Positions 1 through 9,820 of a stretch of DNA of 64,000 bases are shown here, piece by piece. The stretch comes from a bacterium (GTDB lineage Bacteria; SAR324; NAC60-12), in the NCBI GenBank assembly GCA_965233585.1, contig CBDDTI010000747.1:544001-608000 (forward strand), in the 5' to 3' direction. Position 1 is the stretch's first letter. Each line of letters opens with the position of its first letter. Below the pieces are notes generated by a model that saw only the letters and a list, made by a program, of their open reading frames with translations, ran no database searches and had not been told where the DNA came from. Position numbers and translations under genes: made by a program.

Positions 1-577
1 CTCCCCCTATTTTTTGGAGCTTGATGGTCAGTTTCAAGACACTCGCAATCAAACTTTTCGGCAGCTGCTACGTGATGAACTGGTGCAAAACCATTTATCC
101 TCTGCATGGCAACAGCACTTAGCAATGTTGTTTCCTGAAGTGCGTTTGAAAACTTTTATTGAATTTCGTAGTTTTGATGCCATGCCTTTAGCCTTCATTG
201 ATGCACCCCCTGTTTTGCTGGGATTACTCAATTATCACGAAGCTGTTTTTGAAAAAGCGTGGTCAATGCTGATGGAACTCAAGGCTGATGATTATGAAAC
301 ATTTTGCCATGCGGCTGCCAAAGATGGCATGGTGGCAGAAGTTGGCGGGTTGCATTTGGGACGTTTGGCAAGGAGAATATACGAAATTGCTTTGGAACAT
401 GCCCCCGTTCAACATGCCAAAACACTCATGCCCTACTTTGAAACATACACCAAAGATTTACGTTCTCCTGCCGATGAAGCACTCACACGTTACGAACGTT
501 GCCAGCAGAATATTGAAAGTTATGTTTCAGAATGTTTTGAAAACAATCAGAAGTTTTTACAGTATTTGACTGAATAG
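1..577 (+). CDS. gshA: Glutamate--cysteine ligase (GCS2/plant-type), C-terminal part; gene begins before the window
   Basis: Motif WQQHLAMLFPEVRLKTFIEFRSFD resembles the HLTTLFPEVRLKxxxExRxxD signature of GCS2-type ligases. Confidence 0.75.
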   Translation, partial: SPYFLELDGQFQDTRNQTFRQLLRDELVQNHLSSAWQQHLAMLFPEVRLKTFIEFRSFDAMPLAFIDAPPVLLGLLNYHEAVFEKAWSMLMELKADDYETFCHAAAKDGMVAEVGGLHLGRLARRIYEIALEHAPVQHAKTLMPYFETYTKDLRSPADEALTRYERCQQNIESYVSECFENNQKFLQYLTE

Positions 578-586
578 GATTGAAAC

Positions 587-1018
587 ATGACTAAAAACCC
601 TATTTTTTCAAAAGACCTTCAGTTCTTGCTTCAAAAAAAAATTGAGTTGCTTCGTCAGTGGTTTGAGCTGGCACAACGGCAATTTACCTCCATAGATTCC
701 TCAAGTTTAGCAACCATTTTGCGTCAAAAAGATGACATCATTCAGCAGTTGGAACAAACAGACAATGCTTTGAGCTACTGGCATACAGAGCATTCAAGAC
801 GTTACACGGAGTCTGAGGAGAAGCTATTGTCAGGCATTGAACAGGCATTGCAAAACATTTCTCAAAGCGAGGAGCAATTTCAAGGTCATTTGCAAAAGCA
901 ACTTCATCAAGTGTCAGGGGAGTTGCAACGTCTTTCGCAACAAGAACAAGCAAGACGTTATTTCAAAACCCAAGCAAAAGCTGGGAAGGTTGGGAGACTC
1001 TTACGGCTCAAACAATAA
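587..1018 (+). CDS. FlgN-like flagellar export chaperone / helical coiled-coil protein
   Basis: 143 aa, all-helical, LxxILxQKxxIIQQL pattern; SD-like TAGGA upstream. Confidence 0.4.
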   Translation: MTKNPIFSKDLQFLLQKKIELLRQWFELAQRQFTSIDSSSLATILRQKDDIIQQLEQTDNALSYWHTEHSRRYTESEEKLLSGIEQALQNISQSEEQFQGHLQKQLHQVSGELQRLSQQEQARRYFKTQAKAGKVGRLLRLKQ

Positions 1019-1034
1019 TTTTATCAATCACTCC

Positions 1035-1862
1035 ATGTCTCTTTCAGGCTATCAAGTAGAATCGTTTTTGAATGAATTGCGTCAAATTTGGGGATTGCGT
1101 ACGAATGTTCCTGCATACTATGAACCTTCTACTATTTCTCAAGAAGGGAGGGTCTGGAGTCAAAACATGCCTAAACGAATCCCTTATACATTGCAAGAGA
1201 CGCAAGAGACGTGGATTGCCCCAAACCAAATTATTGAATTGATTGGTGATACGACTCCTTACGACCCAATCATAGAATGGGAGCGTCAAAGGCGTGCAGG
1301 GTTGTTTGTCAATCCTGTTTACGTCCCAGAAAATCCACCCCCTGCTTTTTCTCTTATTCATGCTCCAGAAATTCAAGCGAACGAGCCTAAATATCAAACA
1401 GAGTCATTGCCTGCTCAAACCCAATTATCTGAGCATCATCAGCTCCCTGCCCAAGAGACTCTGCCCGTTACGAAACCTCAAACTGAAGTCCCTCAACAAA
1501 ATGAAATGTTGCAAGAGCCTGTGGACTTGGAGGAGGATTTTCAAATAGATGAAAAGTCTGAGTCCAGTCAAGAGCAAATGGATGCTGATGTCATCTACGG
1601 TCATGGGAGAATTACAGAAGAAGCCACCATTTCATTTTTGAAAAATTACCCTGACAGTGCATTAAAATTCTTGTTTAGTAGGGAACTAGACGGTAAGGCA
1701 TTGAACCAAACAACATTGAAAATTCATGTGCATTGGCAAAAACGCGGGCTTTCTAAACAAAAACTTTACCACTACATTTGCGATATGATGAACTGGGAAA
1801 AGATTCCTAAACTAGACATTGCTGAACTGTTTTCTCAAATTCAAGATACTGTGCTAGATTGA
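1035..1862 (+). CDS. Hypothetical protein with Pro/Gln/Glu-rich central linker
   Basis: Long ORF 837..1862; the ATG at 1035 (MSLSGYQ) avoids overlap with the upstream gene. Confidence 0.6.
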   Translation: MSLSGYQVESFLNELRQIWGLRTNVPAYYEPSTISQEGRVWSQNMPKRIPYTLQETQETWIAPNQIIELIGDTTPYDPIIEWERQRRAGLFVNPVYVPENPPPAFSLIHAPEIQANEPKYQTESLPAQTQLSEHHQLPAQETLPVTKPQTEVPQQNEMLQEPVDLEEDFQIDEKSESSQEQMDADVIYGHGRITEEATISFLKNYPDSALKFLFSRELDGKALNQTTLKIHVHWQKRGLSKQKLYHYICDMMNWEKIPKLDIAELFSQIQDTVLD

Positions 1863-1889
1863 TTTGACAACCTATTTTCTAAATTTATT

Positions 1890-2324
1890 ATGGTACAAGC
1901 TCAAACTCTCAAACCTTTAAGAATTTTAGTGGTTGATGACGATGACAATGTGAGGTTACTTTTGCAGAGGTCATTAACCGATGCAGGTCATTATGTGAGT
2001 ATTGAACCAGATGGAGAGTCTGCCTTAGCCGCACTTGAAAGAAGCTACTTTCAAGTCGTGTTGACTGATATTTGCATGCCTGAAATTGACGGAATCACCT
2101 TGCTAAATGACATTAAATCATACAATCCTCTGATTCAAGTCTATATTATGAGTGCCTTTAGCAACTCTGAATATGTCATACAATGTATGAGGGGAGGAGC
2201 TTATGATTATTTTGAAAAACCTATCGTCATAGAACGAGTGCTTGAGGCAATCCAAGAGGCATCTTTGAGGGCGTCAAGGTGGGATTCCTTACTTTCCAAA
2301 TATTTGATGAATCCAAAAACTTAG
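1890..2324 (+). CDS. Single-domain response regulator (receiver)
   Basis: ILVVDDD...VLTDICMP...GAYDYFEKP receiver motifs intact. Confidence 0.92.
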   Translation: MVQAQTLKPLRILVVDDDDNVRLLLQRSLTDAGHYVSIEPDGESALAALERSYFQVVLTDICMPEIDGITLLNDIKSYNPLIQVYIMSAFSNSEYVIQCMRGGAYDYFEKPIVIERVLEAIQEASLRASRWDSLLSKYLMNPKT

Positions 2325-2347
2325 AAATTATCAAAAGATTGTCAGAC

Positions 2348-3397
2348 CTAATGAGGCTTCCAAATCAGTCCTTTGAGTAGAATCAAACTAAATAGCAAAT
2401 TGGCGCCCCATGCCCCCATAAAAGGAGAAAGGTCGCCAGACTTGCCAAGAGCAAACAACGTTTGGTTCAATATCCAAAATAACAGACCCAAAACCAAACT
2501 GATGGCAATGTTCTCTCCTGATTTTTGTTGTCTGTGATGAGACACACCCAAGATTGTTCCAATGCCAATCATCATCAAGACTGAAACAGGATAAGCTAAC
2601 TTATAGTGGAGTTCTGACTCCATCGCTGTTGAAGTCAGACCCAAGTTTTGTCTCTCTATGAGTTGTTGATAAAGCTCAAAAAAAGGCACATGGTGGTATT
2701 GCTGGTTGATCTGTTTCCCAATCCAGTCTAATTGTTCCATACTATTTTGCTCTTGCTTGGCGTATTGGTAGCCTATGGCTTTGTCAAAAAATTGACGACG
2801 ATACACTTCTTGTAAAAACCATTGGTCATCAAGACGTTGCCCACGTTGTGCAGAAATCGTCTCTAAAGGTGCATAAGAGTCTGGGTCCCAAGTGAAATAT
2901 TGAAGCGATTCTACAAACTCAAGAGAACTGGGACGTGTTCCAAAATAATAGACAGAGTTGAGTCCCAACTGCCAAGAATCTTCAAAGGTGTCTTCTTCTA
3001 CAATTCCTAAATGCTTGTCAAGCACAGGTTGAACATAATTTTGCACAAAATACATCATCAAGGCGATTCCAATCCCAATCAACAAAGCGGGTCTGCAAAG
3101 CCTCCAAATTCCCATCGTCGCAGATTGCATGGCAACTATTTCTGAAAAACGGCTTAAACTCCCAAATGTTGCGATTGCCGAAAGTAAGACGGTTAAAGGG
3201 ACAACTGACTCCAAGAAAAAGGGAATGAGCAAGGCGGTTTCCTTCAAAAAAAGAATCAGCTCTTCCCCTCCTGAAAAAGTCTCTTTGAGATGACCAAAAA
3301 AAATGGAAAACAAGGTAATAGATAAAAAAGTCGTTAAAAGCAAAGCAAAAAATTTGGTAAAATCTTTTGCAATGTATTTTGATAAAATCGTCATCAA
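2348..3397 (-). CDS. lptG: LptF/LptG family LPS export permease
   Basis: ILSKYI start, LSRFSEIVAMQS motif, 3+3 TM layout, C-terminal LSPFMGAWGAN. Confidence 0.8.
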   Translation of the reverse strand: MMTILSKYIAKDFTKFFALLLTTFLSITLFSIFFGHLKETFSGGEELILFLKETALLIPFFLESVVPLTVLLSAIATFGSLSRFSEIVAMQSATMGIWRLCRPALLIGIGIALMMYFVQNYVQPVLDKHLGIVEEDTFEDSWQLGLNSVYYFGTRPSSLEFVESLQYFTWDPDSYAPLETISAQRGQRLDDQWFLQEVYRRQFFDKAIGYQYAKQEQNSMEQLDWIGKQINQQYHHVPFFELYQQLIERQNLGLTSTAMESELHYKLAYPVSVLMMIGIGTILGVSHHRQQKSGENIAISLVLGLLFWILNQTLFALGKSGDLSPFMGAWGANLLFSLILLKGLIWKPH

Positions 3398-3501
3398 TTC
3401 ACCTATTCAAACAGATAAAAGTTTGCTTGCTATCAACAAATGTATAAGATATAGTTTTAGAAGCTGAAATTTTTCTTAACTTACTGCTCATTCCAGATAC
3501 G

Positions 3502-5682
3502 ATGCCACAGACTGTTCTGGTTCTTGAAGAAAGCCAAATTGTTCAAAATCTCATTGCACAAACGTTGAAACGTCATGATTTGGAGACTCATCAAGAACTT
3601 AATCCCCAAAAATTCTCTGATGCTCTTGCAGTTGGAGACCAAGTCCTTGTTCTCATAGACCTCAAACATTATTCTAAAATACAAACGTTATTAAGCTCAA
3701 GTATGCCTGCTGTGGCATTGCTAGATGCCAAGTCTCAAGTGGACAAACAAACGCTTCTTGACATGGGTTTTAAAGGGTGGCTTCGCCGTCCATTTGAGGC
3801 AAAAGACTTGATGAGCCAGATTCGTCTTGCATTGCCCGACCTCCATGCTCATTCGTCTGAAACTCTTTATGAAGAAGCATGCGAAACGCAAGATGTTGCA
3901 GGCGATGAGAAAAGCCTCATTCACAACCTCTTCTATGACCATTCGGAGACATCGCAGAAAGAGTTTGAAACCTTGAATCTTGAAGAAGTGCCAGATTTTG
4001 AAGATGACACGCTTTGTTTGGATAGCGAAGCATTAGAAGATGAACCTCAACTGGATTTTAGGGTGCCAGAATCCAACGAAGTATCGGAAGGTTTAGAGTT
4101 AGATGAGACATTCTCTGACAATTTTGGGACAGATGAAGGTCAAGATATTTTCAATGAAGAGGAGGAAGGTTTGGAGTTAGATGAGACATTCTCTGACAAT
4201 TTTGGAACAGATGAAAGTCAAGATGCTTTCAGTGAAAAAGAAGAAGGTTTGGAGTTAGATGAGACATTCTCTGACAATTTTGGAACAGATGAAAGTCAAG
4301 ATGCTTTCAGTGAAAAAGAAGAAGGTTTGGAATTGGACGAGATGCTTTCTGGCAATTTTGGGGCTGGGGACGAAGAAGACTTACCACAGTTTGATGCCTC
4401 CTCAAGTGAGACGTCACAATTTGAAAATGACATTCAGAGTTCAGTCATTGACGACTCAAATTCTGATTTAAATACCGATACCGATACAGAAGGTGACTTG
4501 TCAGATTTATTTGCAGAGAAAGAACACGGAATGCCTGATGCGATTCGCAAACACAGAGAAATGTCATTTGCTGGTAGCTCTTTGTTTCAAGCACATATTC
4601 CAGAAAAACAAAAGTTAAATCACGGTCTCACAGACATTAAATTGGGGCTGAATGACTTTGAATCAGAAATCAGCATTGATGATTACGACCCAGAACAAGT
4701 GCAATATCTCCGTAGAAGTGTCATGGATATTGTCCTCAATGCCAATGATTTTGACCCAGAAGTCCCTGATATTCCAGAAGAACAAAGTGAGTCTAGCATA
4801 CTAGAAATGGACTCTATGCTTTTGGAACTTGATGAAGATGAAAAATATGCAAACAGGGAATCCCAAAAAGAATCTTTGGAACAGCAAGTCGCAGATTTTG
4901 ATGATTTTGCAAGCCCCCCTGAACCAATGGAAGTTGGAGTTTTTGCCGAAGCAGAACCTTTTGGGTCTTTGAGCGATGAAGTGGAAATCAATATGCAACC
5001 TCAGGCGATGGCAAATTTTTCTCAAGAAGATGACATCAAACATTTGGAAAAGCAGATGCTAGACATGGAGCAAGGTAGCGACGTCCCAACCATAGACTTT
5101 GAAGAAGATGAAGAGTTTGACTTTGGAACAAGCCAACTAGATATTTCAGTGTCTGAAGAAAAGTCTGATGAAGAAGTCAATTTTGATGGCATCAATCCAG
5201 CTGAAACAGAGTCTTTGTCAATGTCTGCTGATGAATTGACTGATGACTTTTTTGAAGGTTCACAACAACTTGAACCTGAAAGTGAAGACGTAACAGACCC
5301 CAGTTTTGGGGTAGATTTTGAAATGCCGAGCAGTTTTGATGAGCAACCAGAGGATTCTGATGAAGTCAGTGGCACTGATGTCAATTTTGGTCAAGGTAGT
5401 GATGCCTTTGCCACAATGAACAGTTTTGATGAACAACCAGAGGCTGATGATGATGAGCTGTCTGTTGGTCTCCATCAAGAAGAAAGTCCCAGATTAGAGC
5501 TTGAGTCCCAAGATTTTCAAAATCCAGAAGCCAATCAATTCATTTTCCAGCCCAATACAAAAGGTTCGTTGGAAACAGCCTTGCAAAGTATGATCTCAAA
5601 CTCTGTGCAACAAGCCTTAAAAGATATGACTCCGCAACTTGTTGAACAAATTGCCAATCAGCTTAACTCACAAAAGGATTAG
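3502..5682 (+). CDS. Degenerate receiver domain + long acidic disordered linker + short C-terminal helical domain (RomR/PopZ-like polar scaffold)
   Basis: VLVLEES...WLRRPF pseudo-receiver; D/E-rich linker of over 500 aa; C-terminal VQQALKDMTPQLVEQI. Confidence 0.6.
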   Translation: MPQTVLVLEESQIVQNLIAQTLKRHDLETHQELNPQKFSDALAVGDQVLVLIDLKHYSKIQTLLSSSMPAVALLDAKSQVDKQTLLDMGFKGWLRRPFEAKDLMSQIRLALPDLHAHSSETLYEEACETQDVAGDEKSLIHNLFYDHSETSQKEFETLNLEEVPDFEDDTLCLDSEALEDEPQLDFRVPESNEVSEGLELDETFSDNFGTDEGQDIFNEEEEGLELDETFSDNFGTDESQDAFSEKEEGLELDETFSDNFGTDESQDAFSEKEEGLELDEMLSGNFGAGDEEDLPQFDASSSETSQFENDIQSSVIDDSNSDLNTDTDTEGDLSDLFAEKEHGMPDAIRKHREMSFAGSSLFQAHIPEKQKLNHGLTDIKLGLNDFESEISIDDYDPEQVQYLRRSVMDIVLNANDFDPEVPDIPEEQSESSILEMDSMLLELDEDEKYANRESQKESLEQQVADFDDFASPPEPMEVGVFAEAEPFGSLSDEVEINMQPQAMANFSQEDDIKHLEKQMLDMEQGSDVPTIDFEEDEEFDFGTSQLDISVSEEKSDEEVNFDGINPAETESLSMSADELTDDFFEGSQQLEPESEDVTDPSFGVDFEMPSSFDEQPEDSDEVSGTDVNFGQGSDAFATMNSFDEQPEADDDELSVGLHQEESPRLELESQDFQNPEANQFIFQPNTKGSLETALQSMISNSVQQALKDMTPQLVEQIANQLNSQKD
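4087..4362 (+). repeat. 78-bp (26-aa) intragenic tandem repeat, about 3.5 copies (EGLELDETFSDNFGTDESQDAFSEKE)
   Basis: Unit starts GAAGGT at 4087, 4165, 4243 and 4321. Confidence 0.9.
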
Positions 5683-5683
5683 T

Positions 5684-7141
5684 TTGGACATTCCATCTCT
5701 TTCTGACCCGCAAAAAGCGGCACAAACCATCTTTGAGCAACGTCTGGGAATCAGCGAACAGCTCATACGCAAAACCTTACAAACTGCCCTAAGTAGCTCT
5801 GGGAGCTTCGCAGAACTGTATTTTCAATACACACTTTCTGAATCTGTTGTTTTAGAAGAAAACCTTGTCAAGAGTTCATCTCAATCATTGGCAATGGGAG
5901 TGGGTATTAGAGTTTTGAAAGGAGAACAGACAGGTTATGCCTATTCTGAATCTTTTGATGAACGTTCTATGCAGAAAGCGGCATCAAGTGCGGCACAAAT
6001 TGCGTCAGGTGGACGTGTCAACCTTGATGATGCACAAATCTTTAATCAATCTGTCCCTAAAAACTATTACTCTGTTCAGCAGACCATTCACGACCTTCAA
6101 CTTGCTGAAAAGATTCGTTACTTGCGAATCATGGAACAAGAAGCACAGGCGTTTGATGAGCGGATTACAAAAATCACTGCCACTTTTTCCAATTCTCTTG
6201 AGTTCATACAAATTGTCAACTCCAATGGTCTATTTCTGCGAGATTCCAAGCCGATGTTTCGCATGTATGCACAATGCCTTGCACAAGAAAAAGACAATAG
6301 GCAGGTTGCAGGTTCGGGGGTTGGGGGACGCGTGGGATTAGACTTTCTCCAACAAAAAGATCATGCGATTCAGATTGCCAAAGAAGCCGCAAGTCGTGCA
6401 ACTCTGCTACTGGAAGCACAACAAGCCCCATCAGGGACGTTGCCTGTGGTACTTGGGGCAGGACAATCAGGAATCCTTTTGCATGAGGCAATCGGACACC
6501 CTCTTGAAGCTGATTTTAACCGAAAAGGTTCGTCTGCATACAGTGGAAGAATTGGAGAAAAAGTGGCATCAGACCTTTGTACAATCTATGATTCAGGGCA
6601 ATTTGAATACGATAGGGGGGCTATCAATTTTGATGACGAAGGCAACTTCCCCAAAGAAACGGTACTTATTGAAAATGGTATCCTCAGAGGATACATGCAA
6701 GACCACATCAGCGCACAAAGCTATCAAGTCAAGCCTTCAGGAAATGGAAGACGAGAATCCTTTGCCCACTATCCTTTGCCCCGAATGACAACAACCTATC
6801 TGAATGCAGGTAAATCTGACCCTGATGAAATCATTGCCAGTGTGGAAAAAGGTGTCTACTGTGAATCTTTTAGTGGCGGACAGGTGAATATTTCCAATGG
6901 AGATTTTGTTTTTGTGCCTGTCATTGCTTATATGATTGAACAAGGTAAGAAGACAGTCCCCATTAAAAATTTTACCTTAATAGGCAATGGACCTGATGTG
7001 ATGACCAAGCTGGTCATGGCAGGAAATGACTTTAAACTCAGTGAAGGGATTTGGACGTGTGGCAAAGATGGACAAGGTGTCCCTGTGGGTGTTGGGCTAC
7101 CTACTGTTTTGATCTCAGAAATGACGATTGGGGGCGCCTAA
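5684..7141 (+). CDS. tldD: TldD/PmbA family metalloprotease TldD
   Basis: LLHEAIGHPLEAD zinc motif, PRMTTT, CGKDGQGVPVGVGLPT; probable TTG start at 5684 after AAAGGA. Confidence 0.93.
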   Translation: MDIPSLSDPQKAAQTIFEQRLGISEQLIRKTLQTALSSSGSFAELYFQYTLSESVVLEENLVKSSSQSLAMGVGIRVLKGEQTGYAYSESFDERSMQKAASSAAQIASGGRVNLDDAQIFNQSVPKNYYSVQQTIHDLQLAEKIRYLRIMEQEAQAFDERITKITATFSNSLEFIQIVNSNGLFLRDSKPMFRMYAQCLAQEKDNRQVAGSGVGGRVGLDFLQQKDHAIQIAKEAASRATLLLEAQQAPSGTLPVVLGAGQSGILLHEAIGHPLEADFNRKGSSAYSGRIGEKVASDLCTIYDSGQFEYDRGAINFDDEGNFPKETVLIENGILRGYMQDHISAQSYQVKPSGNGRRESFAHYPLPRMTTTYLNAGKSDPDEIIASVEKGVYCESFSGGQVNISNGDFVFVPVIAYMIEQGKKTVPIKNFTLIGNGPDVMTKLVMAGNDFKLSEGIWTCGKDGQGVPVGVGLPTVLISEMTIGGA

Positions 7142-7856
7142 AAACAGTATGCAAACCATAGCAGAGTTGAATTTAGAGACTCGCATCAGGCAAAATGAAT
7201 ATACAGGTCGTGGTATTGTCATTGGCAGAAATTCTCAAGGACATTGGGTTCAAATTTACTGGATCTCAGGTAGGAGTTCAAATAGCCACAACCGTTGTCT
7301 AGTTGCCGAAGGGAGTGATTTACACGTCCAAACCATTAAACCCGAGATTGAACGTCCAGACTTGTTAGTTTATCGTGCTATGAGGGAGTCGGGGAGGCGT
7401 TACATCGTGTCAAATGGTCAGCACACTGACGCCATTTTTGAATCTGTGAAGGCTGGGAAGACAGTCGGAACAGGTCTTAAAAGATTTCAATATGAAGATG
7501 ACGAACCTCATTTTACACCGCGTATCGCAGGCTATTTGGATTGGTCTGGGTCAGAACCACTGTTGATGTTGGTCATTCTTAAAAAACACCCTCAATCCTC
7601 TGTATTGTTAAGGCAATTTTTTCTCTATGACAGTGTTCCATTAGGCTATGGCTATTGCCTCACCACCTATCAAGAAAATAGCAATCCTCTTGCTTCTTTT
7701 GAAGGCGAACCCTTTCTTGTGCCACTTTCAGGGGACGCTAACAGCATCTTGAAACAATATTGGCAGGCACTCAATCCAACTACAAAAATTGCTCTTGCTA
7801 CCAAAACAATAGACTCACAAAGTCAGTCTTCAATTTTCATTGAGAATAAATATTGA
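7128..7856 (+). CDS. IMP cyclohydrolase-like protein (PurO/Ntn-hydrolase family)
   Basis: YTGRGIVIG...YWISGRSSNSHNR...VSNGQHTD...YEDDEPHFTPRIAG; real start may be the ATG of MQTIA. Confidence 0.8.
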   Translation: MGAPKNSMQTIAELNLETRIRQNEYTGRGIVIGRNSQGHWVQIYWISGRSSNSHNRCLVAEGSDLHVQTIKPEIERPDLLVYRAMRESGRRYIVSNGQHTDAIFESVKAGKTVGTGLKRFQYEDDEPHFTPRIAGYLDWSGSEPLLMLVILKKHPQSSVLLRQFFLYDSVPLGYGYCLTTYQENSNPLASFEGEPFLVPLSGDANSILKQYWQALNPTTKIALATKTIDSQSQSSIFIENKY

Positions 7857-7863
7857 CTCTCGC

Positions 7864-7892
7864 TTGTCTTTTGAGTTCTTTTATTCTACACT
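7864..7892 (+). promoter_or_regulatory. Putative sigma70 promoter of the tRNA pair
   Basis: TTGTCT-N17-TACACT ending about 20 nt before tRNA-Cys. Confidence 0.5.
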
Positions 7893-7912
7893 AACAGGTT
7901 CGTTTCTTCATT

Positions 7913-7986
7913 GGCGATGTGGCCGAGCGGTTAGGCAGAGGTCTGCAAAACCTTCTACACCGGTTCAAATCCGGTCGTCGCCTCCA
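7913..7986 (+). tRNA. tRNA-Cys (GCA)
   Basis: GGCGATG...CGTCGCC acceptor stem, anticodon loop CTGCAAA, GGTTCAAATCC T-arm, encoded CCA. Confidence 0.96.
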
Positions 7987-8001
7987 CACTTCAACTTTTC
8001 T

Positions 8002-8085
8002 GCCCGGGTGGCGAAATTGGTAGACGCACAGGACTTAAAATCCTGTGTCCGCAAGGGCGTGCCGGTTCGATTCCGGCCCCGGGTA
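8002..8085 (+). tRNA. tRNA-Leu (TAA), CCA not encoded
   Basis: GCCCGGG...CCCGGGT acceptor stem, CAGGA-CTTAAAA-TCCTG anticodon arm, long variable arm, GGTTCGATTCC. Confidence 0.95.
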
Positions 8086-8176
8086 GTTTCAGCCAAGATT
8101 CCCCAACAAAAAATAGTGGACACAGGCAGGATTGAGCAGAATCATAGTTGAAGTAGCACAGCATAAGTGCATCAGG

Positions 8177-9820
8177 TTATTCATCACCAATGATGGAAGC
8201 CTCAGGCTCTAATTGCTCAATTTCCTCCTTTAGCTTATCGGCTTGGGCTTGTAGCTCGGCAATTTGTTGCTCTAGGGCTTGTTGTTGCTCTGCAGCAATT
8301 TGTTGCAGTATGTCGGGGTCTTTCTCATACAGTTTCAATAGCTCATAGTCGCTGCTTTCATGCAGAGTTTGCAAGGCTTCAATCAGCTCCAGCAGGCGTA
8401 TTTGCAAGCTCTGATACATCTGCTCTAGGGCATGCAGGTTGGATTCCTCGCCAAGCTCTATGGTTTGCCAGCCCTGCTGTTGAATAAACTGTTCGGGGTT
8501 GGCGGCTATCTCCTCTAACAGGGCCAAGTCGCCTTCATCTCTGGCATGGTTAATCACCGCCATGAGCTTTTGGTAGGTCTCCATTTTTTCGGGGTCATTG
8601 TGGTGGCGGTCGGGGTGAAACAGGCGGATGAGCTTGTTCCACAAGGGTTTGATAGCTTTTTTTTGTTCATCAGTTAAGTTCTTTTTGCCACTGGCAGCTT
8701 GCTCGGCTTGCTCTTGCTCTTGTTCGGCTTGCTCTTGCTCTTGTTGAAATGGCTCGTTGAGAGACTCTGCCTCCTCCATACCCTGCTGCATTAAAACATC
8801 TAGGTATTGACTGCGGTAATAAACTATCTGCTGGAGCTTGTTGCGTTTGTGGTGGTAGTGGCTGACCTGTAAAAACAGCTTGGCTTTGAGGGCATCTACG
8901 GCGTTTTTGTCGGTAGTGTATTGTGCCTCTAGCTCAGCTAAACGGTTGCGCAGATTGTTGATAAGGGCTTCTAGCTCTTGTTTTCGTTGCGTGCCATACA
9001 CGGTTAAACTGGTGACATTGCTTGGGCTGGATGTGGGGGTAGATGAGGGATCAAGGGCAATGAATTCTGCCAGTGCCTCCAGTTGTGTCAAATACCATTT
9101 GCCCATCGCTTGGCTACGTTCGTTGTTTGATGAGGCTAACCACTCCAGCCAATCTTTTAGTGCTTGATGACTGCGTGCCTCGCGAAAATCACAGCCCTTA
9201 TATTTTCCAAACGCCAAACGACTGGGATACCAAGGTTGCTGGCAAAAATCCACCACCGCCTGCCAAGTGTTTAGCTCTCGTTGGTCGGCTAGGGGTTGCA
9301 ACACTTGCTGCAGCAGGTCAATCACCGTTTGCACATCGTCTAAGGCAGTGTTTGTACCTCGCTCAGATAGGCGGTAAAACTGCCTTAAAGTTTGTAATTT
9401 GCAGTTGCCTGCGGCGACTGGGTCTAACAAACGTCTAGTGAGTTCCAAGGCACAAAAGCCGCGTCTGCCAATGGGTGCAATACCTAACCGTTGCCATTCG
9501 GGGGTGAGTACTTGGTTTAGGTCGTAGTTTAGGTTGTAGGTTACCAGCGGTGCATCAGCTACATACTGCCTCAATGCCTCGTGTACTTCGCTGGGTGGGT
9601 TGCCATCTCGTTCTAAAATCTCCCTTGTGTAACCGTTTGTGCGAGAGGCTTCGGGCGGTATAGCGGCATCGTGGTTTAATAATTGCCTAAACGGTTCTCC
9701 CACTGCTTGCCAGCCACACATAGTTTGGGCAGCGATCTCTAGGGCAAAAACGGGTCGCTTAAAGCCGGTGGTTTCGGTATCTAATAAGACCCATTTGGTG
9801 TTGTTTATCGGGGGAGTCAT
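8177..9820 (-). CDS. Fusion of DEDD 3'-5' exonuclease (DnaQ-like) + FGKYKG helical module + coiled coil + J-domain (HPD) + C-terminal coiled coil
   Basis: LLDTETTG (ExoI), YNLNYD (ExoII), NTALDD (ExoIII), LAFGKYKG, WNKLIRLFHPDRH...MAVINHA J-domain. Confidence 0.85.
   Translation of the reverse strand: MTPPINNTKWVLLDTETTGFKRPVFALEIAAQTMCGWQAVGEPFRQLLNHDAAIPPEASRTNGYTREILERDGNPPSEVHEALRQYVADAPLVTYNLNYDLNQVLTPEWQRLGIAPIGRRGFCALELTRRLLDPVAAGNCKLQTLRQFYRLSERGTNTALDDVQTVIDLLQQVLQPLADQRELNTWQAVVDFCQQPWYPSRLAFGKYKGCDFREARSHQALKDWLEWLASSNNERSQAMGKWYLTQLEALAEFIALDPSSTPTSSPSNVTSLTVYGTQRKQELEALINNLRNRLAELEAQYTTDKNAVDALKAKLFLQVSHYHHKRNKLQQIVYYRSQYLDVLMQQGMEEAESLNEPFQQEQEQAEQEQEQAEQAASGKKNLTDEQKKAIKPLWNKLIRLFHPDRHHNDPEKMETYQKLMAVINHARDEGDLALLEEIAANPEQFIQQQGWQTIELGEESNLHALEQMYQSLQIRLLELIEALQTLHESSDYELLKLYEKDPDILQQIAAEQQQALEQQIAELQAQADKLKEEIEQLEPEASIIGDE

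Noticed and set aside
7840..8151. 103-aa ORF
   Set aside because: Overlaps both tRNA genes.
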